The notes beneath the pieces are model-generated. The model was not told the origin of the DNA, did no database searches, and saw nothing but the letters and a program-made list of their open reading frames with translations. From Patescibacteria group bacterium (GTDB taxonomy: Bacteria > Patescibacteriota > Patescibacteriia > Patescibacteriales > UBA12465), in contig JBAYIC010000001.1 of assembly GCA_041665845.1 (NCBI GenBank), positions 73,531 through 137,530 on the forward strand: a DNA stretch of 64,000 bases, written 5' to 3'. Below, one piece after another: positions 45,981 to 53,310 of this stretch. Position 1 is the first letter of the stretch; each line of letters opens with the position of its first letter. The position numbers were made by a program, and so were the translations under genes.

Positions 45981-46004
45981 AAAAATACTCCTAAAAAGGA
46001 GTAT
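45981..46004 (-). terminator. hairpin plus U-run directly abutting the tRNA-Trp 5' end
   Basis: On the minus strand: ATACTCC-tttta-GGAGTAT followed by TTTTT, then the first base of the tRNA. Confidence 0.55.
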
Positions 46005-46052
46005 CTGTATTATAACAATTTAAATACTCTTGTCTATACCTAGCATAATATA

Positions 46053-46193
46053 CTATTCCTCTACTTCAAACCCCTCTTTCTTAATCTGCATCTCTTCACC
46101 ACAACAAATAATTTTTCCGCCGCCATCACGAACGAATTTTACTTCATTCCCGCAAATTCGGCAAAAATAAATTTTGTCTGTTCTTTCACTCAT
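46053..46193 (-). CDS. desulforedoxin-like small iron-binding protein (46 aa)
   Basis: Not in the ORF track because it is under 60 aa. Translation: MSERTDKIYFCRICGNEVKFVRDGGGKIICCGEEMQIKKEGFEVEE. The C-x2-C...GGG...C-C pattern matches desulforedoxin and the N-terminal domain of desulfoferrodoxin. It sits 11 nt downstream of rubrerythrin. Confidence 0.75.
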   Translation of the reverse strand: MSERTDKIYFCRICGNEVKFVRDGGGKIICCGEEMQIKKEGFEVEE

Positions 46194-46204
46194 AATATTA
46201 TAAA

Positions 46205-46735
46205 TTAATAAGTTTCAACAAAGACCTCAAAATGCGCTCGAGGATGAGAGCAGGCCGGACAAACTAACGGCGCTTCAGTTCCTTCATGAATATGGCCGCA
46301 ATTATTACATTTCCAGCGCTTTACTTCCGGCTTTTTAAATACTTCACCGTTTTCAATATTAGCTAATAATTTTTCATATCGAGCGGCATGCGAAGCTTCA
46401 ACTTCACCGACTTCTTTAAATACTTTAGCAATCTCCGGATGACCTTCTTCAAGTGCATCCTTTTCCATTTGCGGATACATCGTAACGGTTTCATGTTTTT
46501 CGCCGGCAATGGCCGCTTTTAAATCTTCAACAACATCTTCACTCACATAACCAAGAAGCTTGGCCCAAAGTTTAGCATGTTCTTTTTCGTTTAACGCTGT
46601 TTCTTCAAAAATATTAGCAATTTGGACATAACCAGCTTTTCGAAAAATGGAAGCAAAATAATCATATTTGTTTCTCGCCATCGATTCACCAGCAAACGCA
46701 TCTTCTAAATTTTTCTTAGTCTTTGGTCCTAACAT
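46205..46735 (-). CDS. rubrerythrin
   Basis: 176 aa. Diiron four-helix bundle motifs (GESMARNKY, EKEHAKLW, GEKHE, EASHAARY) plus a C-terminal rubredoxin-like CNNCGH...CPACSHP. Confidence 0.9.
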   Translation of the reverse strand: MLGPKTKKNLEDAFAGESMARNKYDYFASIFRKAGYVQIANIFEETALNEKEHAKLWAKLLGYVSEDVVEDLKAAIAGEKHETVTMYPQMEKDALEEGHPEIAKVFKEVGEVEASHAARYEKLLANIENGEVFKKPEVKRWKCNNCGHIHEGTEAPLVCPACSHPRAHFEVFVETY

Positions 46736-46760
46736 ATTTTTGAAATTAACTTATTTAATT

Positions 46761-47861
46761 TTATTTTTTAGACTTTTTTTTATTATCATTGTCCTCAGGA
46801 TCACAACCCTCTAAATCGCCGCAAAATTCAAGCGCATAAATATGAAAGATTGTTACAGCTAAGGCGATAATAAGCGGACCAAGCACTACGCCCCAAAATC
46901 CAAACATCACAATCCCTCCTAAAATAGAAAATAAAACAAAAACTGGATTAACCTCAGCCTTGCCCTTAATCATATAGGCTCGAATAATATTATCAACTGT
47001 CCCAATAATCAAAGAGCCCCAGATCAAAACAAATACGCCTTGCCAAACCTGACCGATCAAAAGATAATAAAAACCAACCGGAATATAAAATAAAGCCGAG
47101 CCAATATACGGAATCAAAGATAAAATAGCAACTAAAACGCCAGCTAAAAACGGTGGAAAACCAACAACCGCAAAACCAATTGCACCTACAGCTCCTTGGG
47201 CAATTGCCGTTACAAAAGTAGAAACAAAGGTCGTATAACTTACCGCTCGAAATTTCTGAAAAATCTCTTTATCATATTTATTAGGAAGCGGGGATAAATA
47301 CATGATCTTTTGCAACATATTCTTACCATCAACAAAAAAGAAAAACATCGCCATGATAATCAAGAGCAATGAGACAATAAAATCAGCCGTTCCTTTAACC
47401 GCAAAAGTCGCTCCAGAAATTATCCAATTACTCGAACTCTTTAAAGTAGTTAAAGCGAACGATTTAATATTTTCGTTTTTTTCACTAAAACCAATCAAGT
47501 CAAAATTCTTAAGAAGACTACGGCTAAAAGTTTCTGTTTTAAAAACATCATTAATATCATGATTATCAAAAAAATCTACCGCCTGGGAATAAGCGATAAC
47601 CGATTTCTCACCAGCATAAGCAATTCCTTTCACCGCCGGAACAACAATCACCAAAATTAAAAACAAACACATAAGCAACGCCGCCAAATTCTTTCGCCCT
47701 TTAAAACTTTTAGCCAAAAGTTCATAGGGACGATAAAAAATAGAAACGAGAATGATAGATACCAATAGTTCTGTTAGAAATGGCTTAAAGACTAAGTAGC
47801 ACCCGACAATAACCAAAAACACCAGAATCAGAAGAAACGGTTTAGTTAAACTTTTCGTCAT
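46761..47861 (-). CDS. AI-2E/UPF0118 (PerM-like) family transporter
   Basis: ORF track starts at GTG 47885; the ATG at 47861 gives MTKSLTKPF. 7-8 TM helices and the conserved tail IPYIGS...G.VDN.IR... Confidence 0.75.
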   Translation of the reverse strand: MTKSLTKPFLLILVFLVIVGCYLVFKPFLTELLVSIILVSIFYRPYELLAKSFKGRKNLAALLMCLFLILVIVVPAVKGIAYAGEKSVIAYSQAVDFFDNHDINDVFKTETFSRSLLKNFDLIGFSEKNENIKSFALTTLKSSSNWIISGATFAVKGTADFIVSLLLIIMAMFFFFVDGKNMLQKIMYLSPLPNKYDKEIFQKFRAVSYTTFVSTFVTAIAQGAVGAIGFAVVGFPPFLAGVLVAILSLIPYIGSALFYIPVGFYYLLIGQVWQGVFVLIWGSLIIGTVDNIIRAYMIKGKAEVNPVFVLFSILGGIVMFGFWGVVLGPLIIALAVTIFHIYALEFCGDLEGCDPEDNDNKKKSKK

Positions 47862-47924
47862 ATAAGTTGTAATTTTTGGCCGCACCCTTGTGAATAAGGG
47901 TTGGGGAGGCAGACAAAAATTTAA

Positions 47925-48080
47925 TTATTTAGTTTCTTTGTGAAGAGTGTGCGCTTTGCATTTATTGCAATACTTTTTCATTTCTAAACGCTCTTTCAAA
48001 GTCTTTTTGTTTTTGTGAGAATGGTAGTTAGTAGTTTTACAAACTGTACATTCCAATTTCATCATGTTGTCTTGAGACAT
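47925..48080 (-). CDS. rpmG: 50S ribosomal protein L33
   Basis: Not in the ORF track (51 aa). Translation: [51 protein letters not shown], with the L33 CxxC...CxxC zinc-ribbon pattern. Confidence 0.9.
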   Translation of the reverse strand: MSQDNMMKLECTVCKTTNYHSHKNKKTLKERLEMKKYCNKCKAHTLHKETK

Positions 48081-48198
48081 ATCTGTTTCTGTTGTTCGCT
48101 TTTTTAAATATTCTCCAAAGCCGAACTAACTTTAAATTATTTACCCTCTAACAATATATAAAAACCCAATAAAAGTCAAATATTACGGCAAAATTAGG

Positions 48199-49095
48199 CT
48201 ATTTTTGGCAATAATTGCAGTAATGAGTACCTCTACCGGCTAATTTAATCTTAATTATTTCTTTTTTGCAGTTAGGGCACGGCAATTTTCCACGGCCATA
48301 AACATTGAGCAATTTGGAGAAATTCCCTTTTCTTCCTGAAGAATCAACATAATTATTAAAAGTTGTTCCTCTACTTTCAATCGCTTTTTTAATAATTTTA
48401 TTCATCGATTGATACAAGTTCTTAGCTTCTTCCTTTTTAATACTACCAGCTAATCGAGTCGGCTTAATTTTAGCTAAAAACAAAGATTCATCGACGTAAA
48501 TATTACCTAAACCAGCTATCATTTTCTGATCCAGAAGAAAGGCTTTAATATTTTTTTTCTTATTTTTTAATTTTTCTATTAAATACTCCACCGATAACTT
48601 TGCAGAAAGCGGTTCCGGGCCATATCCGACTTTAATAATTTTTTCAAGCTCAATCTCAGAAACAATTTTCAAATAACCAAATTTACGTAAGTCATTAAAA
48701 AATAATTTATCGCCATTTTTAAATTCAATTATCGCTCGAGTATGACGATTAGGTAAATTGCCGCCGACTGAGGACGCAAAAGAATCTCCGCTTAAACTAT
48801 GTCCACCAGCCACTTGTTTTCCCTTACTTACTAAAATGAGTTGACCAGTCATTTTAAGATGAACGAGCAAATATAATTTTTCCTTATCGTCCGTTTTCTG
48901 TTTTATTTTTAGAGCAAGCAATTTCCCCGTTCTACCTATATTTTCAATTTTATGACCAACTAACGCATATACAAAAAAAGCCGCCTTGTTTTTAGCGCTT
49001 TTAGGAGACAAAAGTTTAACAGTAGAAATTTCAGAGCCGATAATACTTCCGGCCAAATCGCGCCGAATAGTTTCCACTTCTGGAAGTTCTGGCAT
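48199..49095 (-). CDS. mutM: formamidopyrimidine-DNA glycosylase
   Basis: 298 aa; N-terminal MPELPEVETIRR (catalytic Pro2/Glu3), an H2TH region, and a C-terminal zinc finger CPNCKK...YCNYCQ. Confidence 0.92.
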   Translation of the reverse strand: MPELPEVETIRRDLAGSIIGSEISTVKLLSPKSAKNKAAFFVYALVGHKIENIGRTGKLLALKIKQKTDDKEKLYLLVHLKMTGQLILVSKGKQVAGGHSLSGDSFASSVGGNLPNRHTRAIIEFKNGDKLFFNDLRKFGYLKIVSEIELEKIIKVGYGPEPLSAKLSVEYLIEKLKNKKKNIKAFLLDQKMIAGLGNIYVDESLFLAKIKPTRLAGSIKKEEAKNLYQSMNKIIKKAIESRGTTFNNYVDSSGRKGNFSKLLNVYGRGKLPCPNCKKEIIKIKLAGRGTHYCNYCQK

Positions 49096-49107
49096 AAGAA
49101 TTAAATA

Positions 49108-49212
49108 TTAAAAAGACAAAAGAAGAATAATCACTATCGTTAAGGCAAGAAGCCCGATAGCAAACATTTGAGCTAGACCAATTCCAATTTTTTTAGGATT
49201 AATTATCGCCAT
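49108..49212 (-). CDS. possible 34-aa single-TM peptide
   Basis: ATG..TAA ORF MAIINPKKIGIGLAQMFAIGLLALTIVIILLLSF between tRNA-Tyr and mutM. It is hydrophobic but has no homology support. Confidence 0.25.
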   Translation of the reverse strand: MAIINPKKIGIGLAQMFAIGLLALTIVIILLLSF

Positions 49213-49228
49213 AAATGTAATATAAGTG

Positions 49229-49312
49229 TGGGCCGAGAAGGATTCGAACCTTCGAAGGCACAAGGCCAGCAGATTTACAGTCTGCCCCAGTTGACCGCTT
49301 TGGTATCGACCC
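49229..49312 (-). tRNA. tRNA-Tyr (anticodon GTA), class II with long variable arm
   Basis: Hand-folded: acceptor GGGTCGA/TCGGCCC, anticodon arm GCAGA-CTGTAAA-TCTGC, long variable arm, T arm GAAGG-TTCGAAT-CCTTC, discriminator A. Confidence 0.85.
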
Positions 49313-49364
49313 GTTTACTTGTATATCGTAAAAAGATTAGCCAGGGCAAATCAATTACTGTTTA

Positions 49365-49393
49365 ATAATAGATAAATTATTTTTTCTTGTCAA
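49365..49393 (-). promoter_or_regulatory. candidate promoter for tRNA-Tyr
   Basis: On the minus strand: TTGACA (49393..49388), 17-nt spacer, TATTAT (49370..49365), about 50 nt upstream of the tRNA. Confidence 0.55.
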
Positions 49394-49418
49394 ACCAGAA
49401 AAATATCGAAGTAGAGCG

Positions 49419-49784
49419 TTATTTTTTGATACCTTCAATTACTACTCTAACTAAGCCATAGGCGGAAAATATAACGACTAGGCCAATTGCTGACCAAACA
49501 ATAATATCTCTTCCCTTCTTTACTTTTTCCTGATTACCGGAAGAGGTCATCCAAGTTATACCGCCGAAAACAAACATCAAAAGCGCGATGGAACCGACTA
49601 CGCCAAGAACAGAATTAATAACTTGACCGATTAATTCTTGCGGCGTGTTAACATTAAGTGGGTTTGAGATACAATTTGGGCTATCGGCCGGACAGCCTTC
49701 AGCGCCATCAGCCAAGACTGGAATTGCAACAAAAATGGTGAAGATAAATAGACTTAGAAAAACGAAAGATATTATTTTTTTCAT
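49419..49784 (-). CDS. TrbC/VirB2-like (type IV secretion-type) pilin family protein
   Basis: ORF track starts at TTG 49802; the ATG at 49784 gives a signal peptide (MKKIISFVFLSLFIFTIFVAIPVLA). The mature part has two hydrophobic helices separated by a basic loop (GSIALLMFVFGGITWMTSSGNQEKVKKGRDIIVWSAIGLVVIFSAYGLV), the VirB2/TrbC topology. Confidence 0.6.
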   Translation of the reverse strand: MKKIISFVFLSLFIFTIFVAIPVLADGAEGCPADSPNCISNPLNVNTPQELIGQVINSVLGVVGSIALLMFVFGGITWMTSSGNQEKVKKGRDIIVWSAIGLVVIFSAYGLVRVVIEGIKK

Positions 49785-49820
49785 ATTTTTATTCTTACTC
49801 AAATAATAACATTTTTGAAC

Positions 49821-49861
49821 AAAAAAAAGAAGGGGTTGCGATTTTTTATCACTTCCCCCTC
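49821..49861 (-). terminator. intrinsic terminator after the 260-aa gene
   Basis: On the minus-strand RNA: GAGGGGG-19 nt loop-CCCCUUC (one G-U pair) followed by UUUUUUUU. Confidence 0.5.
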
Positions 49862-49873
49862 AAAAATATCTAT

Positions 49874-50656
49874 TTAATTAACAACCATTCTTACGGTCGT
49901 TAATTGATTAGACGCTAGTTCAAACCTTGGGTTTTCCTTGTTAGGAAAAACCACTTGCATATTTGGCGCATCATGCGTCGGGGCAGTACCATCAGCCCAG
50001 ACAATATCGTAACCATTCCCGGTTTGTGATGCAAGTGCATACTTGCGACAAGTTTGGTCACTTCTTACATTAATGATAAACGGTGTTTTACCATTTATAT
50101 TAATAAAGTAAATGCCCTTCGTAAAAATTGAGTCTTTACTACTTTGGGTTGGAGGTACTACAACTGGTGGTTGCACGGGTGGTTGCTGAATTACAACTGG
50201 TTCTTCAGGATAATAAAGATTGTCAATTGAATCCAATAACCTTTTGGCTTTTTCAACCTTTCCAGCTTTTAGTAAATCGGTGTATTGACCGAGTAGGGCA
50301 TCTTTTTTGTAATTTTTAACGCCCTCTAAGATCAAATCGGCTTTAACCTGAACCGAATCAACCTTTTGGCCAATGAACAAATCAGAACTCAAGTTTCCCC
50401 AAGAAACCTTAGAAGCGGTAATTGGGAAAAAACTGGTAAAGAGCGCCCAGCCAATAATAGCTACAGCCGGAACATAAAGCCACTGGCTGGTTTGCTCAGC
50501 AATCCAGCAAAAAATGACCGCTAAAGCAACTGCCCAGAAACTCCAGGCGAAAGCCAGATGGCAAATCAAACCGATACCAAAAGCGAGGATCGGCAGTTTC
50601 CAGAACTTCAGTGTTGCGAGGGTTCTTACCTTCGCTTCTATTTCTTCTTTTTTCAT
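49874..50656 (-). CDS. hypothetical membrane protein (3 TM + Pro-rich linker + beta-rich C-terminal domain)
   Basis: 260 aa; I recognise no family. TM helices lie in residues ~20-85, the linker is PVVIQQPPVQPPVVVPP, and G+C is elevated. Confidence 0.6.
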   Translation of the reverse strand: MKKEEIEAKVRTLATLKFWKLPILAFGIGLICHLAFAWSFWAVALAVIFCWIAEQTSQWLYVPAVAIIGWALFTSFFPITASKVSWGNLSSDLFIGQKVDSVQVKADLILEGVKNYKKDALLGQYTDLLKAGKVEKAKRLLDSIDNLYYPEEPVVIQQPPVQPPVVVPPTQSSKDSIFTKGIYFININGKTPFIINVRSDQTCRKYALASQTGNGYDIVWADGTAPTHDAPNMQVVFPNKENPRFELASNQLTTVRMVVN

Positions 50657-50680
50657 TTCTCTTTTTTTGTTTTTTTGTTT

Positions 50681-51910
50681 TTACTTAAACATTGCCCGGA
50701 AAATTGCGGGCACGAATTCAACTACGGCATCAGAAACTAGATGCACTGGAAATTCGCTCCACATTGGACCTTTACGGGTCGGTGCGGGAGTAGAGGAATC
50801 AGTAGATGTAACGACTGGTTCTTTGTGTCTAGCAACCGCATAGGCGCCAGACCAAGCAACCAGTTTTTCAAACCAGGGGTCACCCGCCTGAACATAATCA
50901 CGGTCTCGAAGTCTTTCAACAACGAGACCAAATTCTTCAGCGATTTCCTCCCTTAACGAAAGTGGTCCATAAATAAGGAAAATCAGCGTTAAAATAAAAG
51001 CTGCTTTCCAAATCCAGTGATGCCAGTGCCCCGAAACTTCGGTCGGCCGAATTGGATGGGTTTGTTCCGGAAAGGCTTGTTCCATAACCTGATTGTAAAC
51101 GAGCTCCTGTTTAGAGAAGCCATCGTCATTTCTGAACCAGTTTTGGTGGAACAATGGTTGCCCCACTCCAATGCAAATTGCCCATACCCAGAAGACTGCG
51201 GCCGTGCACATTAATAAGAATGCCCGTCCGTTATTGGTTTTGAAAAACCAAGCGGCGCTAAATTTTTTGCGCCTTTTCCCTCTGCGCTTTGGTCTGGTGA
51301 TTCGAATACGAGCGTGGTCTTCAATTCCGCTCACGATTGCTTGTAAAGGCAGATCAGCACCAGGGGCAATAACTCCGGGAACGATGAATTCACCAATGCC
51401 GCGCTTGTCGGTTTTAACGACGTACTTGGTATTGTTGAAAATTACATCCACGTTAAGCAACAGCCCGTAACCATGGGCCTTAATAACCCGAATAAATACC
51501 TTAAAGTGTCCTTTTCCATCACTTGTACGAATCAAAATGATTTTTTGAGGGTCACTTTTAATTGCACCAGCAACGGGAGCTGCCTTTTCCGGAATTTCTA
51601 CCTCTACATAACCTTTTTCCGTCGAGTCCTTCAAAAAAACCTCGAAAGAAAAGATTTGTTTTTTTGCGGTTTGAACGTAAGGAACTTTATGTTCCAGAAA
51701 TCCAATTGCATCCGTATCAGTCGCCAGAACTTGTTTATGGTTCTGGAAAATGATAACTCCGAGCGCACAAGGGGTCGAATCTTTGCTGGTTCTAATGCGA
51801 ATGTTGATGTGCGTGTCATCAACAAACGACGTCACATCCAAACCGAATTTCGGAGTGGACGGTTTTACTACTGGTTTTGGGGCTCCTGCGCCCGCGCCTG
51901 CTACTGCCAT
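50681..51910 (-). CDS. hypothetical membrane protein (two beta-rich N-terminal repeats, polybasic stretch, 2 TM)
   Basis: 409 aa; I recognise no family. AAGGAG lies 7 nt before the ATG. RPKRRGKRRKK precedes TM1. G+C is clearly elevated, which produces many shadow ORFs in the track. Confidence 0.65.
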   Translation of the reverse strand: MAVAGAGAGAPKPVVKPSTPKFGLDVTSFVDDTHINIRIRTSKDSTPCALGVIIFQNHKQVLATDTDAIGFLEHKVPYVQTAKKQIFSFEVFLKDSTEKGYVEVEIPEKAAPVAGAIKSDPQKIILIRTSDGKGHFKVFIRVIKAHGYGLLLNVDVIFNNTKYVVKTDKRGIGEFIVPGVIAPGADLPLQAIVSGIEDHARIRITRPKRRGKRRKKFSAAWFFKTNNGRAFLLMCTAAVFWVWAICIGVGQPLFHQNWFRNDDGFSKQELVYNQVMEQAFPEQTHPIRPTEVSGHWHHWIWKAAFILTLIFLIYGPLSLREEIAEEFGLVVERLRDRDYVQAGDPWFEKLVAWSGAYAVARHKEPVVTSTDSSTPAPTRKGPMWSEFPVHLVSDAVVEFVPAIFRAMFK

Positions 51911-52002
51911 GTTTTTTCTCCTTTTTAGTTTATGTTTTTACTTGTATTTACTTGTTAATGAACAATGTTTGCTATATACTCCTAGCTCTCATTGTTAAGA
52001 AC

Positions 52003-52031
52003 ATTATAGCATAGTTTTACGATTTTGTCAA
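52003..52031 (-). promoter_or_regulatory. perfect consensus sigma70 promoter for the 409-aa/260-aa cassette
   Basis: On the minus strand: TTGACA (52031..52026), exactly 17 nt, TATAAT (52008..52003), about 90 nt upstream of ATG 51910. Confidence 0.7.
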
Positions 52032-52060
52032 TATAAAAGCCCAGCGATTGCTACTGGGCT
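52032..52060 (-). terminator. intrinsic terminator after the 331-aa gene
   Basis: On the minus strand: AGCCCAG-tagcaatcg-CTGGGCT followed by TTTTATATT. It abuts the -35 of the next promoter. Confidence 0.75.
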
Positions 52061-52120
52061 TAGAAAAAGAGTAAATATACCAAATTTTTGACTAATAATA
52101 AACAAAATAAAATAAAGGAA

Positions 52121-53116
52121 CTATTCAAATTGACATTTTATACTATCAAGTTGCTTATAAATTCTATATACATCATTATCTTTTGAATAGGCACATAAAC
52201 CATCTTTTAAATAAACAGATAAACCATCTTTCGGGTAAATTTTTAATAAATAAGAATCATTTAAATAATATGTCTGACCATTTATAACTGCCCTTGCATC
52301 CGATCCACATCCGCGAATAAACCCGGCATAATAATTAAAGCTTAATCTAAGACTTTTTCCGTCAATATTTAAAAAACCAAATACATGTTCACCTTCCAAT
52401 AGTTTAATGATAACGCTATCGCCCGAAATCATTTTCTTAATTAGTAAATCATCTGTATGACGATTTAAACGCTCAGATATGCACAAGAATAATGTCTCTC
52501 TTGTATTGTTAGTAAATTTTACAGAATAAACAGCGGCTTCTATTTCTAGTCCAGATAAACTCGACTCATTAGGTTTAGCATTTTTGGCCAATCCTGATTG
52601 AGTCATATATTTAAGCACAACTTCTTTATTTATCTCCTTCAGCTCATCCCCTGTCATTGGATCATAACCTTCCGAAGAATAAAATCTGTATTCCCCGTTT
52701 GGAGAAATTGAATAATACTTCATTGGTTTTCCCGTATCAGGATTAAAAAAAACATTTTGCGAAGAAAAATAAGAAGCAACACAGAGCGCTGCAAAAACAA
52801 CTATAACAGATACTCTCTTTATTTTTTTATTCTTCTGAGGAACAGGAAAAAAAGATAATATAAATCCGCCAATCGGCAGAAGTAAAATTCCGGCTAATAA
52901 AAAAGCGCTTATTCCTTTAGCGAGTAACATGTCGAAACCTGTGTAGGCTCTAACATGATTTTCCAACCAACCAAAAGCTTGAAGCAAAAAAATAATATTA
53001 CCGGTTGCTAAGAGGATTAAGAAGATAACAATAAACACAAAGATAATTAAGATTTGCCTAAATACTTTAGAAAAATCAAACTTACCATTTTCCAAGAAAT
53101 GCCTTATTTGTTTCAT
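52121..53116 (-). CDS. hypothetical membrane protein
   Basis: 331 aa; 3-4 N-terminal TM helices, then a ~200-aa soluble domain. Very AT-rich; I recognise no family. Confidence 0.6.
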   Translation of the reverse strand: MKQIRHFLENGKFDFSKVFRQILIIFVFIVIFLILLATGNIIFLLQAFGWLENHVRAYTGFDMLLAKGISAFLLAGILLLPIGGFILSFFPVPQKNKKIKRVSVIVVFAALCVASYFSSQNVFFNPDTGKPMKYYSISPNGEYRFYSSEGYDPMTGDELKEINKEVVLKYMTQSGLAKNAKPNESSLSGLEIEAAVYSVKFTNNTRETLFLCISERLNRHTDDLLIKKMISGDSVIIKLLEGEHVFGFLNIDGKSLRLSFNYYAGFIRGCGSDARAVINGQTYYLNDSYLLKIYPKDGLSVYLKDGLCAYSKDNDVYRIYKQLDSIKCQFE

Positions 53117-53231
53117 GAGTTATTTATTTTAAATGGTTATTTTTTAACGTACATAAATTCTCAATATATTAAGACAATATGGCTAAATTGTCAAACAAAA
53201 AAACAACCCCATTAAGGGTCGCCTTTCTCTG

Positions 53232-53304
53232 AGCCGTTGACCGGGATTGAACCGGTGACCTTCTCCTTACCATGGAGATGCTCTACCAGCTGAGCTACAA
53301 CGGC
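53232..53304 (-). tRNA. tRNA-Thr (anticodon GGT)
   Basis: Hand-folded with all stems perfect: GCCGTTG/CAACGGC, GCTC/GAGC, TCTCC-ATGGTAA-GGAGA, ACCGG-TTCAATC-CCGGT; 73 nt. Confidence 0.9.
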
Positions 53305-53310
53305 GAATTT

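Noticed and set aside
45881-45982. N-terminal 34 codons of track ORF 44756..45982 (MRDSYSGSITVSKTAGGGSIPSSRALKHPCKFVY)
   Set aside because: This stretch is the reverse-strand reading of tRNA-Trp (45910..45980). The reductase begins at ATG 45880 with the expected GGGPAG dinucleotide-binding N-terminus.
50514-51998. Cluster of about 10 short ORFs on both strands (60-151 aa) in the ORF track
   Set aside because: They all overlap the 409-aa and 260-aa minus-strand genes. Locally elevated G+C makes stop codons rarer in every frame, which explains them. None has a recognisable motif or ribosome-binding site.
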